This document shows, in pieces, positions 49,952 to 59,232 of a stretch of 64,000 nt of DNA. The notes beneath the pieces were generated by a model. It was not told where the DNA came from. It was given only the letters and a program-made list of their open reading frames with translations, and ran no database searches. Origin of the DNA: an uncultured Enterobacteriaceae bacterium (lineage in GTDB: Bacteria; Desulfobacterota; Binatia; Bin18); the NCBI GenBank assembly GCA_964460065.1, contig CAYWPF010000147.1, forward strand, positions 711-64,710. The letters run 5' to 3'. The translations under genes were made by a program, and so were the position numbers. Positions within the stretch are counted from its first letter, which is position 1. Each line of letters starts with the position of its first letter.

Positions 49952-50839
49952 ATGCAATATGGCGCTTTTCTACCTCACTTGGGACCGCTTGCCGGTGGAG
50001 ACCCTTTAACCCGTATCAAAGAAACTTCCCAGGCGGCAGAAGCTCTTGGTTTCGATTCCGTCTGGGTAGCTGACCACATTATTACACCGAGAGTGATTCA
50101 ATCCAGATATCCTTACAGCCCTACAGGGAGCTTCCCTCTTGATGCAGATGCCCCCCTGCTGGAGCCCCTCACGGTTCTAAGCTTCACGGCCGCGTGCACC
50201 AGAACGATCCGTCTAGGGACTGCCGTCCTAGTGCTCCCCCACCGTAATGCAGTCGTATTGGCTAAGACTCTCGCAACGCTTGATGTTTTGTCGGCGGGGC
50301 GGCTAATTTGCGGTGTCGGCGTGGGATGGATGGAAGAGGAATTCGACATTCTTAATGCTTCATTTCACCAAAGGGGATTAGTCAGCAATGAAACAATTGA
50401 GGTCATGAAGGAACTGTGGACCCAGGAAAACCCCACGTTTGAAGGACAAATTTATAAATTTTCTGAGGTTGGGTTTAAACCACGGCCCGTCCAGACCCCA
50501 CATCCGCCAATTTGGATCGGCGGCCACTCAGGCCCCGCCCTGCGCAGAGTCGTTAGATACGGCGATGGTTGGCCGGCTGTTGTCTGCAGTCCCGCTGAGT
50601 TTCTTGAGCGCGCCGACGCATTGAGAGAGGAAGCGGTTCTCGCGGGTCGGGATATTCAAGAAATTACGCTTTGCGTTTCACCTCGCGGGAAAGAGCCGGC
50701 TGCGATCCTTGATGACATCCCGCGCTACCAGGAAGCTGGCGCAAAATACCTCTATCTCGCTTTCTTCAATTTCGCCCGAACGTATAGTGACATGCTCAAT
50801 ATGATGGAGAAATTTGCTCTGGCTGTAAAAATAACTTAG
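49952..50839 (+). CDS. Luciferase-like monooxygenase (LLM) class oxidoreductase, probably F420-dependent
   Basis: The sequences AEALGFDSVWVADHI, LGTAVLVLPHRN and PPIWIGGHS resemble the TIGR03619-type LLM family. Confidence 0.7.
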   Translation: MQYGAFLPHLGPLAGGDPLTRIKETSQAAEALGFDSVWVADHIITPRVIQSRYPYSPTGSFPLDADAPLLEPLTVLSFTAACTRTIRLGTAVLVLPHRNAVVLAKTLATLDVLSAGRLICGVGVGWMEEEFDILNASFHQRGLVSNETIEVMKELWTQENPTFEGQIYKFSEVGFKPRPVQTPHPPIWIGGHSGPALRRVVRYGDGWPAVVCSPAEFLERADALREEAVLAGRDIQEITLCVSPRGKEPAAILDDIPRYQEAGAKYLYLAFFNFARTYSDMLNMMEKFALAVKIT

Positions 50840-50938
50840 TCCTTTGTAAAGAGCCGGACTCTAAGGCGTCAGCCTACGAAGCCAATGGGTCTGGCCTAGG
50901 TCCTTCCTAAGAATCATTTGCAACAAAGGAATTTACCG

Positions 50939-51433
50939 ATGAACAACGGCCGAAATAATTCTAATAAAAGTTTTTGGACTTGGCGAATCTCGAGACACCA
51001 AAATACTTTAGCCGTATGGCTCGTGTCTTTGTGTCTGTTCTTCATGGGGTGTAGCGAGCCCGAAGTATACAACCCTCTCATAGAAATATCGAATGCTACA
51101 CTTACCCGGCCAGCTACGGAGGAGTTACGGATTACCCTTGATTATGAATTAGTACCGGAGGAACGGCTACCCCTACCCTATAGAGAGATTGTAGTATCGC
51201 CACTGGAGCCGCACGCAAAGATTTTTGCACCGTTGGAAGAATTCATACTTTCAGTCGACACCGTAATTTTAAAAATAGGAATACCGGCGGGAACGCTCGA
51301 TTGGGAAGATTTGGAGGAGCAGGAAGAATGTTGCGTGGTCTCTCTGAAGGGTCTAGTTGAGCGGGACGGAAAAGAGCAGTACGAACGGATCAGCAATCAT
51401 TTGCGCGTGCTACCCCCCCGCTTGTTAAATTAG
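50939..51433 (+). CDS. Hypothetical lipoprotein
   Basis: It has the lipobox LFFMGC. AAGGA lies 8 nt before ATG 50939, and TTG 50918 is an alternative start. Confidence 0.55.
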   Translation: MNNGRNNSNKSFWTWRISRHQNTLAVWLVSLCLFFMGCSEPEVYNPLIEISNATLTRPATEELRITLDYELVPEERLPLPYREIVVSPLEPHAKIFAPLEEFILSVDTVILKIGIPAGTLDWEDLEEQEECCVVSLKGLVERDGKEQYERISNHLRVLPPRLLN

Positions 51434-51498
51434 TATTTTCACCGCCTCTCCGAAAAGGAGAACGAGGACAAACTCTAACACCCGGCTAGGAAGAGGAT

Positions 51499-52611
51499 AT
51501 GACACATATAATTGACGCAGACGGCCATTTGTTGGAGCCTCCAACTATATGGGAAGATTATACCGACCCAGCCTATCGGACTGAGGTGATCCAAATTGCA
51601 AAAGATAAGAGAGGTATCGATTGTTTAAAAATCAATGGAGAACTTCGCCAGGATAGAAACATGGCGATCGCCGCAGCTTGTACCCCCGGCGGAATGTCGG
51701 ATGCGCAGAAGGCGCGGACCATGTCGTGGGACGAGATCGTCCCCGGAGGTTACGATCCCGTACAACGACAGAGGGACATGGATCTCGAAGGAATCGATAT
51801 AGCATTCTTTTACCCAACTCTCTGGCTTATCTATGGAGACATCACGAACGCCGACGTGGCGGCCGCTTCCTGCAGGGCGTACAATAATTGGTTGGCCGAC
51901 TTCTGCAAGCAGTGTCCGTCGCGATTCTACGGGGTCGCACCGCTACCGTTACAAAGCGTAGATTGCGCGATTGCTGAGATGCGCCGAGTAGTGAAGACAC
52001 TAGGAATGAGAGCAGTGTTCGTCAGACCCAACCCTTTTAATGGGCGCCGCCTTAACGACCCTGCCTACGAACCATTTTGGGCCGAAGCCCAGGAACTGGA
52101 TGTACCCGTGGCTATTCACGGGAGCTTCGGCACCAAAATGCCGACTTTAGGCGAGGAGCGCTACAAGGACCCGTTCTTCTTTCATATGGTCTGCCATCCC
52201 TGGGAACAACAGGGCGCGTGCATGGATATCGTTTGCGGAGGAGTTCTTTCCAAATTTCCAAAAGTCAAAGTGGCGTTCCTCGAATCCGGCGTAGGATGGC
52301 TCCCCTATTGGCTCGATAGGATGGACTCCCATTTTGATACAATGGGCCATTACGTACCCTGGCTGAAGAAAAGGCCAAGTGAGCACTTTCGCGAGCAATG
52401 TTTTATCTCTATGGACCCCGATGAAGGAAACATGAACAGCATAGTAGGATCAGGGCTGGAACAATGTGTCGTATGGGGATCCGACTATCCTCACTTCGAC
52501 TGCACCTTCCCCGGAGTCGTCAGGGAGGTCGCGGCTTCCTGCGCAAATCTGCCGGGGTCAGCACAAACAGCAATCATGGGGCAAAACGCGAAACGATTAT
52601 ACCGTTTATGA
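51499..52611 (+). CDS. Amidohydrolase-2 (PF04909, ACMSD/LigI-like TIM-barrel metal hydrolase)
   Basis: The N-terminus is IIDADGHLLEP, and WGSDYPHFD lies near the C-terminus. Confidence 0.8.
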   Translation: MTHIIDADGHLLEPPTIWEDYTDPAYRTEVIQIAKDKRGIDCLKINGELRQDRNMAIAAACTPGGMSDAQKARTMSWDEIVPGGYDPVQRQRDMDLEGIDIAFFYPTLWLIYGDITNADVAAASCRAYNNWLADFCKQCPSRFYGVAPLPLQSVDCAIAEMRRVVKTLGMRAVFVRPNPFNGRRLNDPAYEPFWAEAQELDVPVAIHGSFGTKMPTLGEERYKDPFFFHMVCHPWEQQGACMDIVCGGVLSKFPKVKVAFLESGVGWLPYWLDRMDSHFDTMGHYVPWLKKRPSEHFREQCFISMDPDEGNMNSIVGSGLEQCVVWGSDYPHFDCTFPGVVREVAASCANLPGSAQTAIMGQNAKRLYRL

Positions 52612-52633
52612 ACGCATGGCAAGGAGACGCTCT

Positions 52634-53824
52634 GTGGATCTAGAATACTCTAAAAAAGACAAATTGTTTCAGCAAAACGTTCGCGAATGGCTTCTGGATA
52701 ATGTTCCTCCCCGAGAAACAAATAAACTCCGAGTCAAATCCGACGATCCCGTGCGCTTAAAAAAAGCCAAAAACTGGCAACGCAAACTCTATGAAGCAGG
52801 CTATGTAGGCGTCGGGTGGCCGAAAACGTACGGGGGTCAAGGGGACGAGGACATCGTACACCAAACTATCGTCAACGAAGAGTTGATACTTGCCAATGCG
52901 CCTAGCCTTATCGGGGCGTCGGGCCTGACCATGTTAGGTCCGACTTTACTGCAAGTAGGATCCGAAGAGCAGAAACGACGCTACCTCCCACCACTTCTGA
53001 CAGCGGAAGAAATCTGGTGTCAGGGATATTCGGAGCCCAATTCAGGATCTGATCTGGCTTCCTTACAAACGAGGGCCGAAGTAGTAGGCGACGAATTTAT
53101 CGTAAACGGGCAGAAAGTATGGACCTCCGGAGCCCAATTGTCGGATTGGATGTTCTGTTTAGTTAGGACGGATACTAAAGCCGCAAAGCACCGCGGAATC
53201 TCATACCTTTTAATAGATATGAAAACTCCAGGAATAACGGTACGGCCCTTGGTTCAGATGACAGGAGATGCAGGATTCAATGAAGTGTTCTTCGACAATG
53301 TAATTGTACCGCGAGAAAATCTCGTGGGTAAAATGAACCAGGGGTGGATGGTAGCGAACGCCACACTGTTTCACGAACGAAACATGTTAGGCTCTACTAC
53401 TCGCACGCAACTCATGATGCAAAAGTTGCTCAAATTGGCACGAACACATGACCGTTATGGCAAGCCCGCGTCGGGTGACCCCTTGATTAGGCAAAAAATC
53501 GCGGTACTAACGGCACGGGTGGAGGCCATGAAATACCATTCCATGAGGCAACTGACAAACGCCACGAGGGGCAAAAAACCCGGAGTAGAATCTATGGTAA
53601 ACAAACTCGTTGGCACGGAACTTAATCACGATATATGTGCTCTCGGCGTAGAGATATTGAACTCCTACGGCACATTTACCCGCGCGAATCGCTATGTCAT
53701 TGACGACGGTTTTTGGCCTTACGAATATATGTTTACACTCGGTCTAATCATCGGTGGGGGAACGTCGCAGATCCAGAAAAACATAATAAGTGAGCGCGGT
53801 CTGGGTATGCCAAAGTCAAACTAA
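52634..53824 (+). CDS. Acyl-CoA dehydrogenase family protein
   Basis: It has GYSEPNSGSDLASLQTRAE, GQKVWTSGA and GGGTSQIQKNIISERGLGMP. The GTG at 52634 has AAGGAG 7 nt upstream. The track ORF start at 52466 overlaps the amidohydrolase gene. Confidence 0.85.
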   Translation: MDLEYSKKDKLFQQNVREWLLDNVPPRETNKLRVKSDDPVRLKKAKNWQRKLYEAGYVGVGWPKTYGGQGDEDIVHQTIVNEELILANAPSLIGASGLTMLGPTLLQVGSEEQKRRYLPPLLTAEEIWCQGYSEPNSGSDLASLQTRAEVVGDEFIVNGQKVWTSGAQLSDWMFCLVRTDTKAAKHRGISYLLIDMKTPGITVRPLVQMTGDAGFNEVFFDNVIVPRENLVGKMNQGWMVANATLFHERNMLGSTTRTQLMMQKLLKLARTHDRYGKPASGDPLIRQKIAVLTARVEAMKYHSMRQLTNATRGKKPGVESMVNKLVGTELNHDICALGVEILNSYGTFTRANRYVIDDGFWPYEYMFTLGLIIGGGTSQIQKNIISERGLGMPKSN

Positions 53825-53878
53825 ACACACATTAAACGGCTCCCTATGTGGGACCCGAAACAGGGACAAATAAATTTT

Positions 53879-55006
53879 ATGTATTTCGGACTCTCTGAGG
53901 AACAAGAACTTCTGAAGTATACCGCGAGAGAATTTCTAAAAAAAGAGTGTACCCCCCAACTCCTGAGAGAAACTCTCAGCAAACCCGAACCTTTCTCGGA
54001 CAGCTTGCACCGGCAAATGAACGACTTGGGATGGTTGGGTGTGCTAATACCAGAAACGTTTGGGGGCCTCGGTTTAGGAGCGCTGGAAAGCGCATTGCTT
54101 CTTGAAGAAATGGGGCGCGCTTCTGTACCCGGTCCTTATCTATTCTCTTCCGTGCTAGCCGCCTACGCTTTGATTTTAGGCGGAGATTCTTCTCAGAAGG
54201 ACCACTGGCTTCCTCGAATTGCGGCTGGAGATTCGATAGGCGTACCTGCGTTATTCGAAACGACAGACAGATTAGATTCCGCAGGAATTACAACGCAGCT
54301 GCAAAAAAAGAACGGGAATCTCATATTAAATGGAAGTAAAATGTTTGTCCCCTTCGCAACACTGGCGGACTTCTTCCTGGTGACCGCGAGGACGGCCGGA
54401 CAACACGGAAATAATGTTAGTTTAGTTTTGGTAAAAAACGATCACCCTGGCCTAAAAATCGAGCCCTTACAAACATTCGACATCACACGTAGTCTCTGCA
54501 AAGTGGACCTCACTGATGTGCCGGTATCAGGTTTTCTTGGAAAGCGAGACGATGGGTGGAGCCTCATTACTTCAGTCCAAGACCTCGCATGTGTCGGTTT
54601 GTCAGCGGATAGTCTCGGTGGCGCACAGCGGGTCCTAGAAATGGCGGTAGCGTACACCAAAACGCGAGAGCAGTTCGGCCGTCCAATCGGCTCATTTCAA
54701 GCGCTAAAGCATATGGCCGCGGAGATGATCAGCGAAATAGAGCCTGCCCGTTCACTGGTCTGGTATGCATCATATGCATTCGACCGCAAGGCAACGGACG
54801 CATCGCGCGCCGCGTCAATTGCCAAGTCACACTTGTCGGATGTGTACACAAAATGTGCTAACAAGGCAGTGCAACTCCACGGTGGTATTGGATTTACCTG
54901 GGAGCACGATATCCATTTTTGGTTTAAGAGAGCAAAATGGAATGAGTCGGCTTTTGGAGACCCTGCTTACCATCGGGAACGCATCGCCCAAATCGACAAT
55001 TATTGA
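53879..55006 (+). CDS. Acyl-CoA dehydrogenase family protein (second, divergent paralog)
   Basis: The N-terminus is MYFGLSEEQELLKYTAREFL, and LHGGIGFTWEHDIHFWFKRAK is also present. Confidence 0.8.
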   Translation: MYFGLSEEQELLKYTAREFLKKECTPQLLRETLSKPEPFSDSLHRQMNDLGWLGVLIPETFGGLGLGALESALLLEEMGRASVPGPYLFSSVLAAYALILGGDSSQKDHWLPRIAAGDSIGVPALFETTDRLDSAGITTQLQKKNGNLILNGSKMFVPFATLADFFLVTARTAGQHGNNVSLVLVKNDHPGLKIEPLQTFDITRSLCKVDLTDVPVSGFLGKRDDGWSLITSVQDLACVGLSADSLGGAQRVLEMAVAYTKTREQFGRPIGSFQALKHMAAEMISEIEPARSLVWYASYAFDRKATDASRAASIAKSHLSDVYTKCANKAVQLHGGIGFTWEHDIHFWFKRAKWNESAFGDPAYHRERIAQIDNY

Positions 55007-55071
55007 CATATGCAAGAACCAGGTCCGTATGCGGGCGTGCGTCTCCTACCACCCTGTCAATTTAGACCGCT

Positions 55072-55093
55072 TCGGCCGGCCGGACGCGGCCGA
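55072..55093. terminator. GC-rich hairpin between convergent genes
   Basis: TCGGCCG-gccggacg-CGGCCGA forms a perfect 7-bp stem. There is no clear U-tract. Confidence 0.3.
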
Positions 55094-55192
55094 GAGGAGC
55101 GGTTTCCTGCCCCTCTCCACTGCCGCCCTGAACTCGGCCTAATAGAAATCCCTCCCGTCTCGCAACCTAAGGAACCTGCGCGACTTGCCAGG

Positions 55193-55420
55193 TCACTCAG
55201 TCTGTTCTTCCTCGTCTAAGGTTCCCCATTGCTCAGGGAGAGGTTGAGGACCAGGGCGAATCCCCGCAATATCCGGATCCTCGTCTCCATCAGCACGCGG
55301 GTTCTCAGCTTTGCGAGCCTTGGCCTCGCGTCTGCGCTCGGCCTTCTCTCTCTGCTTCTGTTGGCGGTTTTGCTCTCGTTGCCGCTTTAGAAAACTTGTC
55401 GGTTTGGCTCGTCCTGGCAT
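55193..55420 (-). CDS. Small, highly charged protein (basic N-terminal half, acidic C-terminal half), function unknown
   Basis: The sequence is MPGRAKPTSFLKRQREQNRQQKQREKAERRREAKARKAENPRADGDEDPDIAGIRPGPQPLPEQWGTLDEEEQTE. Its ATG at 55420 lies 4 nt after the RRM gene stop. An AGGTGG SD-like site lies 7 nt upstream. Confidence 0.5.
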   Translation of the reverse strand: MPGRAKPTSFLKRQREQNRQQKQREKAERRREAKARKAENPRADGDEDPDIAGIRPGPQPLPEQWGTLDEEEQTE

Positions 55421-55424
55421 ACCC

Positions 55425-55688
55425 CTACCACCTACGTTCGCGGCGCTCCCTTGGGCGTGCTTCATTTACGGTCAATGGCCTACCCATGAACTCATATTCA
55501 TGAAACCGTTCAATTGCCGTCCTGGCTTCGTCGTCATTTTCCATTTCAACAAAACCAAACCCTCTAGACCGACCACTTTCTCGATCTGTGATAATGTTCG
55601 ATGACGAAACAGCACCTGCCTCACCGAACAATGTTTCAAGATCCGCCGGGGTCGCATCCCAGGAGAGATTTCCAACAAATAACTTCAT
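55425..55688 (-). CDS. RRM-type RNA-binding protein (glycine-poor, Arg/Glu tail)
   Basis: It has RNP-2 (KLFVGNLSW) and RNP-1 (RGFGFVEM). The start is ATG 55688 or GTG 55691, with AGGAGG upstream. Confidence 0.9.
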   Translation of the reverse strand: MKLFVGNLSWDATPADLETLFGEAGAVSSSNIITDRESGRSRGFGFVEMENDDEARTAIERFHEYEFMGRPLTVNEARPRERRERRW

Positions 55689-56058
55689 CACGATAATTGC
55701 CTCCTCTGGCAAGAAAATAAACCCGGCGATCTAACACTAGTTCGTCTGGGCCCAGCTCTTACAAATCATATTCGAGCACTATCCGATAGGGGTATCCAAA
55801 AACAAAAACCTTCCTTTCCATATTAGGCAAAGAAAGTGTGAACCGTAAGGTCTCTCCATCGCGGATCTGGCACACCCCATACACCACTTACAAGGGGCAT
55901 TGACTTTCCAGCAGAAAGCCTTTTTTTAAGGCCGTGATATAGTATCTAGGCTCGACATACCTACTGCTGGTGTTGACGCGCCGGTCCCATGCCAAAATAG
56001 CCGCGAATAATATAGAAAATCACATAGTCGTCAACTCACACCTCGGAGGATTTGGACC

Positions 56059-56916
56059 ATGCAAGAACCGAAACCGAACAACGGAGGCAACCCGTTCAAC
56101 GCTGTCGCCCTCGGCCAGCAACAACTTAAGGGACTCTCCCACCACAGGGAACGGGAGGTCGCTGCGGAGTACATTGAAGCTTTGGCCGAGTTTGGCTACA
56201 CAGTTGTCGAGGGGCTTCTCTCGCAAGAAAAAATCCGGCAAGTTGCTACCGAAATGGACCGAATTCACCTTAGCACGCCTAAGGGGAGAACGGATTTCGA
56301 AGGCCTTAAAACGAAACGTATCTACAATCCTCTCAACAAGACGCGCTGTATCGACGCACTCTGCACCGATGCTCGGATTCTCGCAATCATCGAAGGCTAC
56401 CTCGAAGACCAAATCCAGCTCAGTTCCGTAACCGGAATTACCATTTTGCCAGGAGAGACCGCTCAGACACTCCACCGAGACGATAGTGTTTACCCACTTC
56501 CGCGTCCTCGGCCTCCGTTGATGGTCGGTACCTTGTGGGCAATTGACGCCTACAATCAGTCTAACGGAGCGACCCGCCTGATACCGAAGAGTCAGAACAA
56601 TCCCGACCATAGAGAACCGCCTCATTCGTCAGTGACGATCAAAATGACTGCAGGCTCTGTACTCCTTTTCGATGGCGGCCTGTGGCATGGAGGTGGCGCC
56701 AACGAAAGTCACAGTCCGAGACGCGCATTCTCGCTTTCCTATTGCCGTGCGTGGCTCCGACAACAAGAAAACGCCTATTTGTCAATTCCACTAGAAACTG
56801 TGCGCACCCTGAGTCGGCCCTTGCAATGTCTCCTGGGCTATACCACCGCATCAATCATGCTCGGGCAGGTCGAGCGTGGCAATCCTATCCATTGGTTCGA
56901 TTCCGTTTCGAAATAG
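56059..56916 (+). CDS. Phytanoyl-CoA dioxygenase (PhyH) family Fe(II)/2-oxoglutarate oxygenase
   Basis: It has the HxD motif in QTLHRDD, the distal His in GGLWHGGGAN, and the Arg in RRAFSLSY. GGAGGA lies 8 nt before the ATG. Confidence 0.8.
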   Translation: MQEPKPNNGGNPFNAVALGQQQLKGLSHHREREVAAEYIEALAEFGYTVVEGLLSQEKIRQVATEMDRIHLSTPKGRTDFEGLKTKRIYNPLNKTRCIDALCTDARILAIIEGYLEDQIQLSSVTGITILPGETAQTLHRDDSVYPLPRPRPPLMVGTLWAIDAYNQSNGATRLIPKSQNNPDHREPPHSSVTIKMTAGSVLLFDGGLWHGGGANESHSPRRAFSLSYCRAWLRQQENAYLSIPLETVRTLSRPLQCLLGYTTASIMLGQVERGNPIHWFDSVSK

Positions 56917-57152
56917 GAAGTGGACTCTGTGCCTTCACCAAGGAACAGCATTTCAAAGAGAGGCGGCGGGCAAAACCTCACCTTGAAGTTTCTAATACAA
57001 GAGACTTTCAACTAACCACTTATGAAAAACAGAGCTCTTCACTGTCTCACAGGATTGTAGAAATAATTCCCGTCGAACTGGAGAGCGAGCGTCCCTGCTG
57101 CTATGTTCGGATTGAAATCTGAACATACGAACGAAAACGAGGACACGCAAAA

Positions 57153-58013
57153 ATGAAGATACAACGGCTCTCGGCTGCGCTTGGAGCTGAAGTGACAGAA
57201 ATGTTGCTACGAGACGTAGGGCCAGAGGAAGCGAAACAGATTCACGCGTTGCTAATAGAACATCAAGTCTTGTTCTTTCCTGGTCAATTCATGAATCCTG
57301 AGGAGCACATAAAGTTCGGTCGGCACTTCGGGCCCATAGAAGGACATCCGCATTTGAGCAACCTAGAGAAGCATCCGGAGATTTTTCATTTGGCTGCAAG
57401 CGGTGGGGGAGTAGCCGACGAATGGCACAGCGACATAACCTTTCAGGAGCAGCCATCCGTGATGGCTATTCTCAACATGATCCAATGCCCGGAAATTGGC
57501 GGGGATACAATGTGGTCAAATGCTTACATGGCATACGAAGCTCTTTCGATGCCACTTCAAGAGCTTTGCTCCGGTCTAACTGCCCTGCATGATGCCAGAC
57601 CACACGGAAAACCAGAGAAGATGGCTGTTCACCCTGTCATCCGAATACATCCAGTAACAAAAAAAAGAGCTCTGTTTGTAAACGAACATTTTACTCGACG
57701 AATCGTAGAATTGAGCCACGAAGAAAGCGAACTCCTATTAGGGTACCTAACAAAGTGGGTAGCCCAATCGCACTTCACTTTGAGGTACAAATGGACTAAC
57801 GGAACCGTGGCTATGTGGGATAACCGTTGTACGCAACACTTCGTGCTCAATGACTTCACCGAGGAGCGAGTCATCGAGCGAGTAACCGTTTGCGGCGATT
57901 CACCCGAGGGTGTCGCAGCGCCCCGCTGGAGTCCATATGCCCGCACACAACACGCCGGATCCAGTAGCCATCACGACAGACAGCTCCGGGCGTATCTTCG
58001 CTCTAAAGAATAG
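57153..58013 (+). CDS. TauD/TfdA family Fe(II)/2-oxoglutarate dioxygenase
   Basis: It has the WHSDITF (HxD) motif and the C-terminal WDNRCTQH motif. Confidence 0.85.
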   Translation: MKIQRLSAALGAEVTEMLLRDVGPEEAKQIHALLIEHQVLFFPGQFMNPEEHIKFGRHFGPIEGHPHLSNLEKHPEIFHLAASGGGVADEWHSDITFQEQPSVMAILNMIQCPEIGGDTMWSNAYMAYEALSMPLQELCSGLTALHDARPHGKPEKMAVHPVIRIHPVTKKRALFVNEHFTRRIVELSHEESELLLGYLTKWVAQSHFTLRYKWTNGTVAMWDNRCTQHFVLNDFTEERVIERVTVCGDSPEGVAAPRWSPYARTQHAGSSSHHDRQLRAYLRSKE

Positions 58014-58063
58014 CGCGTGCAGGAGCTCCTTGGCCGCGTCAGTATTCCAGAGAAATCTAGTTC

Positions 58064-58699
58064 TCAGCCTTGGTTTGTAGTGGGTAAGCTCGAATGAACC
58101 GATGGTCGGAATCCCTCCACAAAAGCCCGTACATAAGTTTCCGGCGTCAGAACCGATACAACAGTGCACTGCGGCTCCACTCCATCGAAGCTATAACCGG
58201 CGAACCCCCATCGAAAAAGACTGTTGTTCCAAACTAAATACGCCTGCGAACCTTCCTCAATAATCGTACCCGAAGGAAGGTTGCGGAGAGGTGCCTTGTA
58301 GGTCACTTTTCGTCCCTGACTAATGCGTTCCTGGTGTACTACCTTATCTATCCGATCTATTCTGCGGGGGCCCTGCCCTAACCTGTCTCCGTTCGCGCGC
58401 AGCCAAGCGGATTTGAATTCGTTAAAACGATCCCGTCTGCAGTACCCGCACGGTCGATGGCCCGCAGAAAATGCGGTAGCCTCGTCAAGAAAAAAAAGTT
58501 CAGTCCACTTTCCCGGCGACATTACCCGCCTTGTCATGCCCTTAAATTTCAATCTGCAGGTAATCCAGCCCTGCGATTTGTGGGTCCTAACCACGTTCTC
58601 ATGGTCATCGTGAATATTGCCGCGGTTTCCTAGAAAGGTTCCCCGGTCCGGAACCGCCCTCACAATTCCCCAAGGGTCGACACGGTTTGTTCGCGACAT
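58064..58699 (-). CDS. Conserved hypothetical protein with an HRPCGYCRR motif
   Basis: The 211-aa ORF has ordinary composition and no recognised domain. The sequence FLDEATAFSAGHRPCGYCRRDRF weakly recalls Ada-type Cys metal sites. Confidence 0.5.
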   Translation of the reverse strand: MSRTNRVDPWGIVRAVPDRGTFLGNRGNIHDDHENVVRTHKSQGWITCRLKFKGMTRRVMSPGKWTELFFLDEATAFSAGHRPCGYCRRDRFNEFKSAWLRANGDRLGQGPRRIDRIDKVVHQERISQGRKVTYKAPLRNLPSGTIIEEGSQAYLVWNNSLFRWGFAGYSFDGVEPQCTVVSVLTPETYVRAFVEGFRPSVHSSLPTTNQG

Positions 58700-58772
58700 C
58701 TATACTGCCCCGGACTCCGAGGAATGGATCGATTGATTAGACACAGGGCACTGCAGAAAGTTGACCTCTGTT

Positions 58773-59147
58773 CTAGCTAATCTGTTTCTTAAAGCTCTCC
58801 ATGTCATAATAGTCGCGCCAAATGGCGATTTTCCCGTCCTGAATATAAAACGAGCCCATTACCGGAAGCGCCGCCTTTTTCCCCCCCTTGAGCTCCACGA
58901 AATCCACCCGTTCGTTCATCACAACATTCCCCACCACTAACGTCTCGCCCAGCTCGGCGCGAAAACTCACCATACTCTCCATTTGTGGAGCAAAAAAGTC
59001 TCGTATAGCGTTTTTGCCACGATTTACACCAACAGGCTTGTCATCGTGCTCACAATCATCGGTTAAATAACCGAGGGCACCTTCCAAATCATGCCGGCCG
59101 AAGGCCGCCCAAAATTCCTCTACTATCTTCTGACAGTCTTGTCCCAT
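58773..59147 (-). CDS. NTF2-fold SnoaL / limonene-1,2-epoxide hydrolase-like protein
   Basis: The sequences EEFWAAFGRHDLEGALGYLTDDC and QDGKIAIWRDYYD fit the family. AAGGAGG lies 5 nt before ATG 59147. Confidence 0.7.
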   Translation of the reverse strand: MGQDCQKIVEEFWAAFGRHDLEGALGYLTDDCEHDDKPVGVNRGKNAIRDFFAPQMESMVSFRAELGETLVVGNVVMNERVDFVELKGGKKAALPVMGSFYIQDGKIAIWRDYYDMESFKKQIS

Positions 59148-59232
59148 CGTTTCCTCCTTGGTTGACAAATTTCTTTCCAATTAATTTCGAGCTAATCTTT
59201 TGGACCGCTGGTTTAACCTTGTCCGTCCGAGC

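Noticed and set aside
52466-52633. A 5' extension of the first acyl-CoA dehydrogenase that overlaps the amidohydrolase gene by 146 nt.
   Set aside because: The overlap is in a different frame of a well-supported gene. The GTG at 52634 has AAGGAG 7 nt upstream and gives a typical ACAD N-terminus.
56894-56904. GGTTCGATTCC, a tRNA T-loop-like string.
   Set aside because: It lies inside the PhyH coding sequence. The flanking bases do not form a T-stem (attgg versus ccgtt), and no acceptor or anticodon arms can be drawn.
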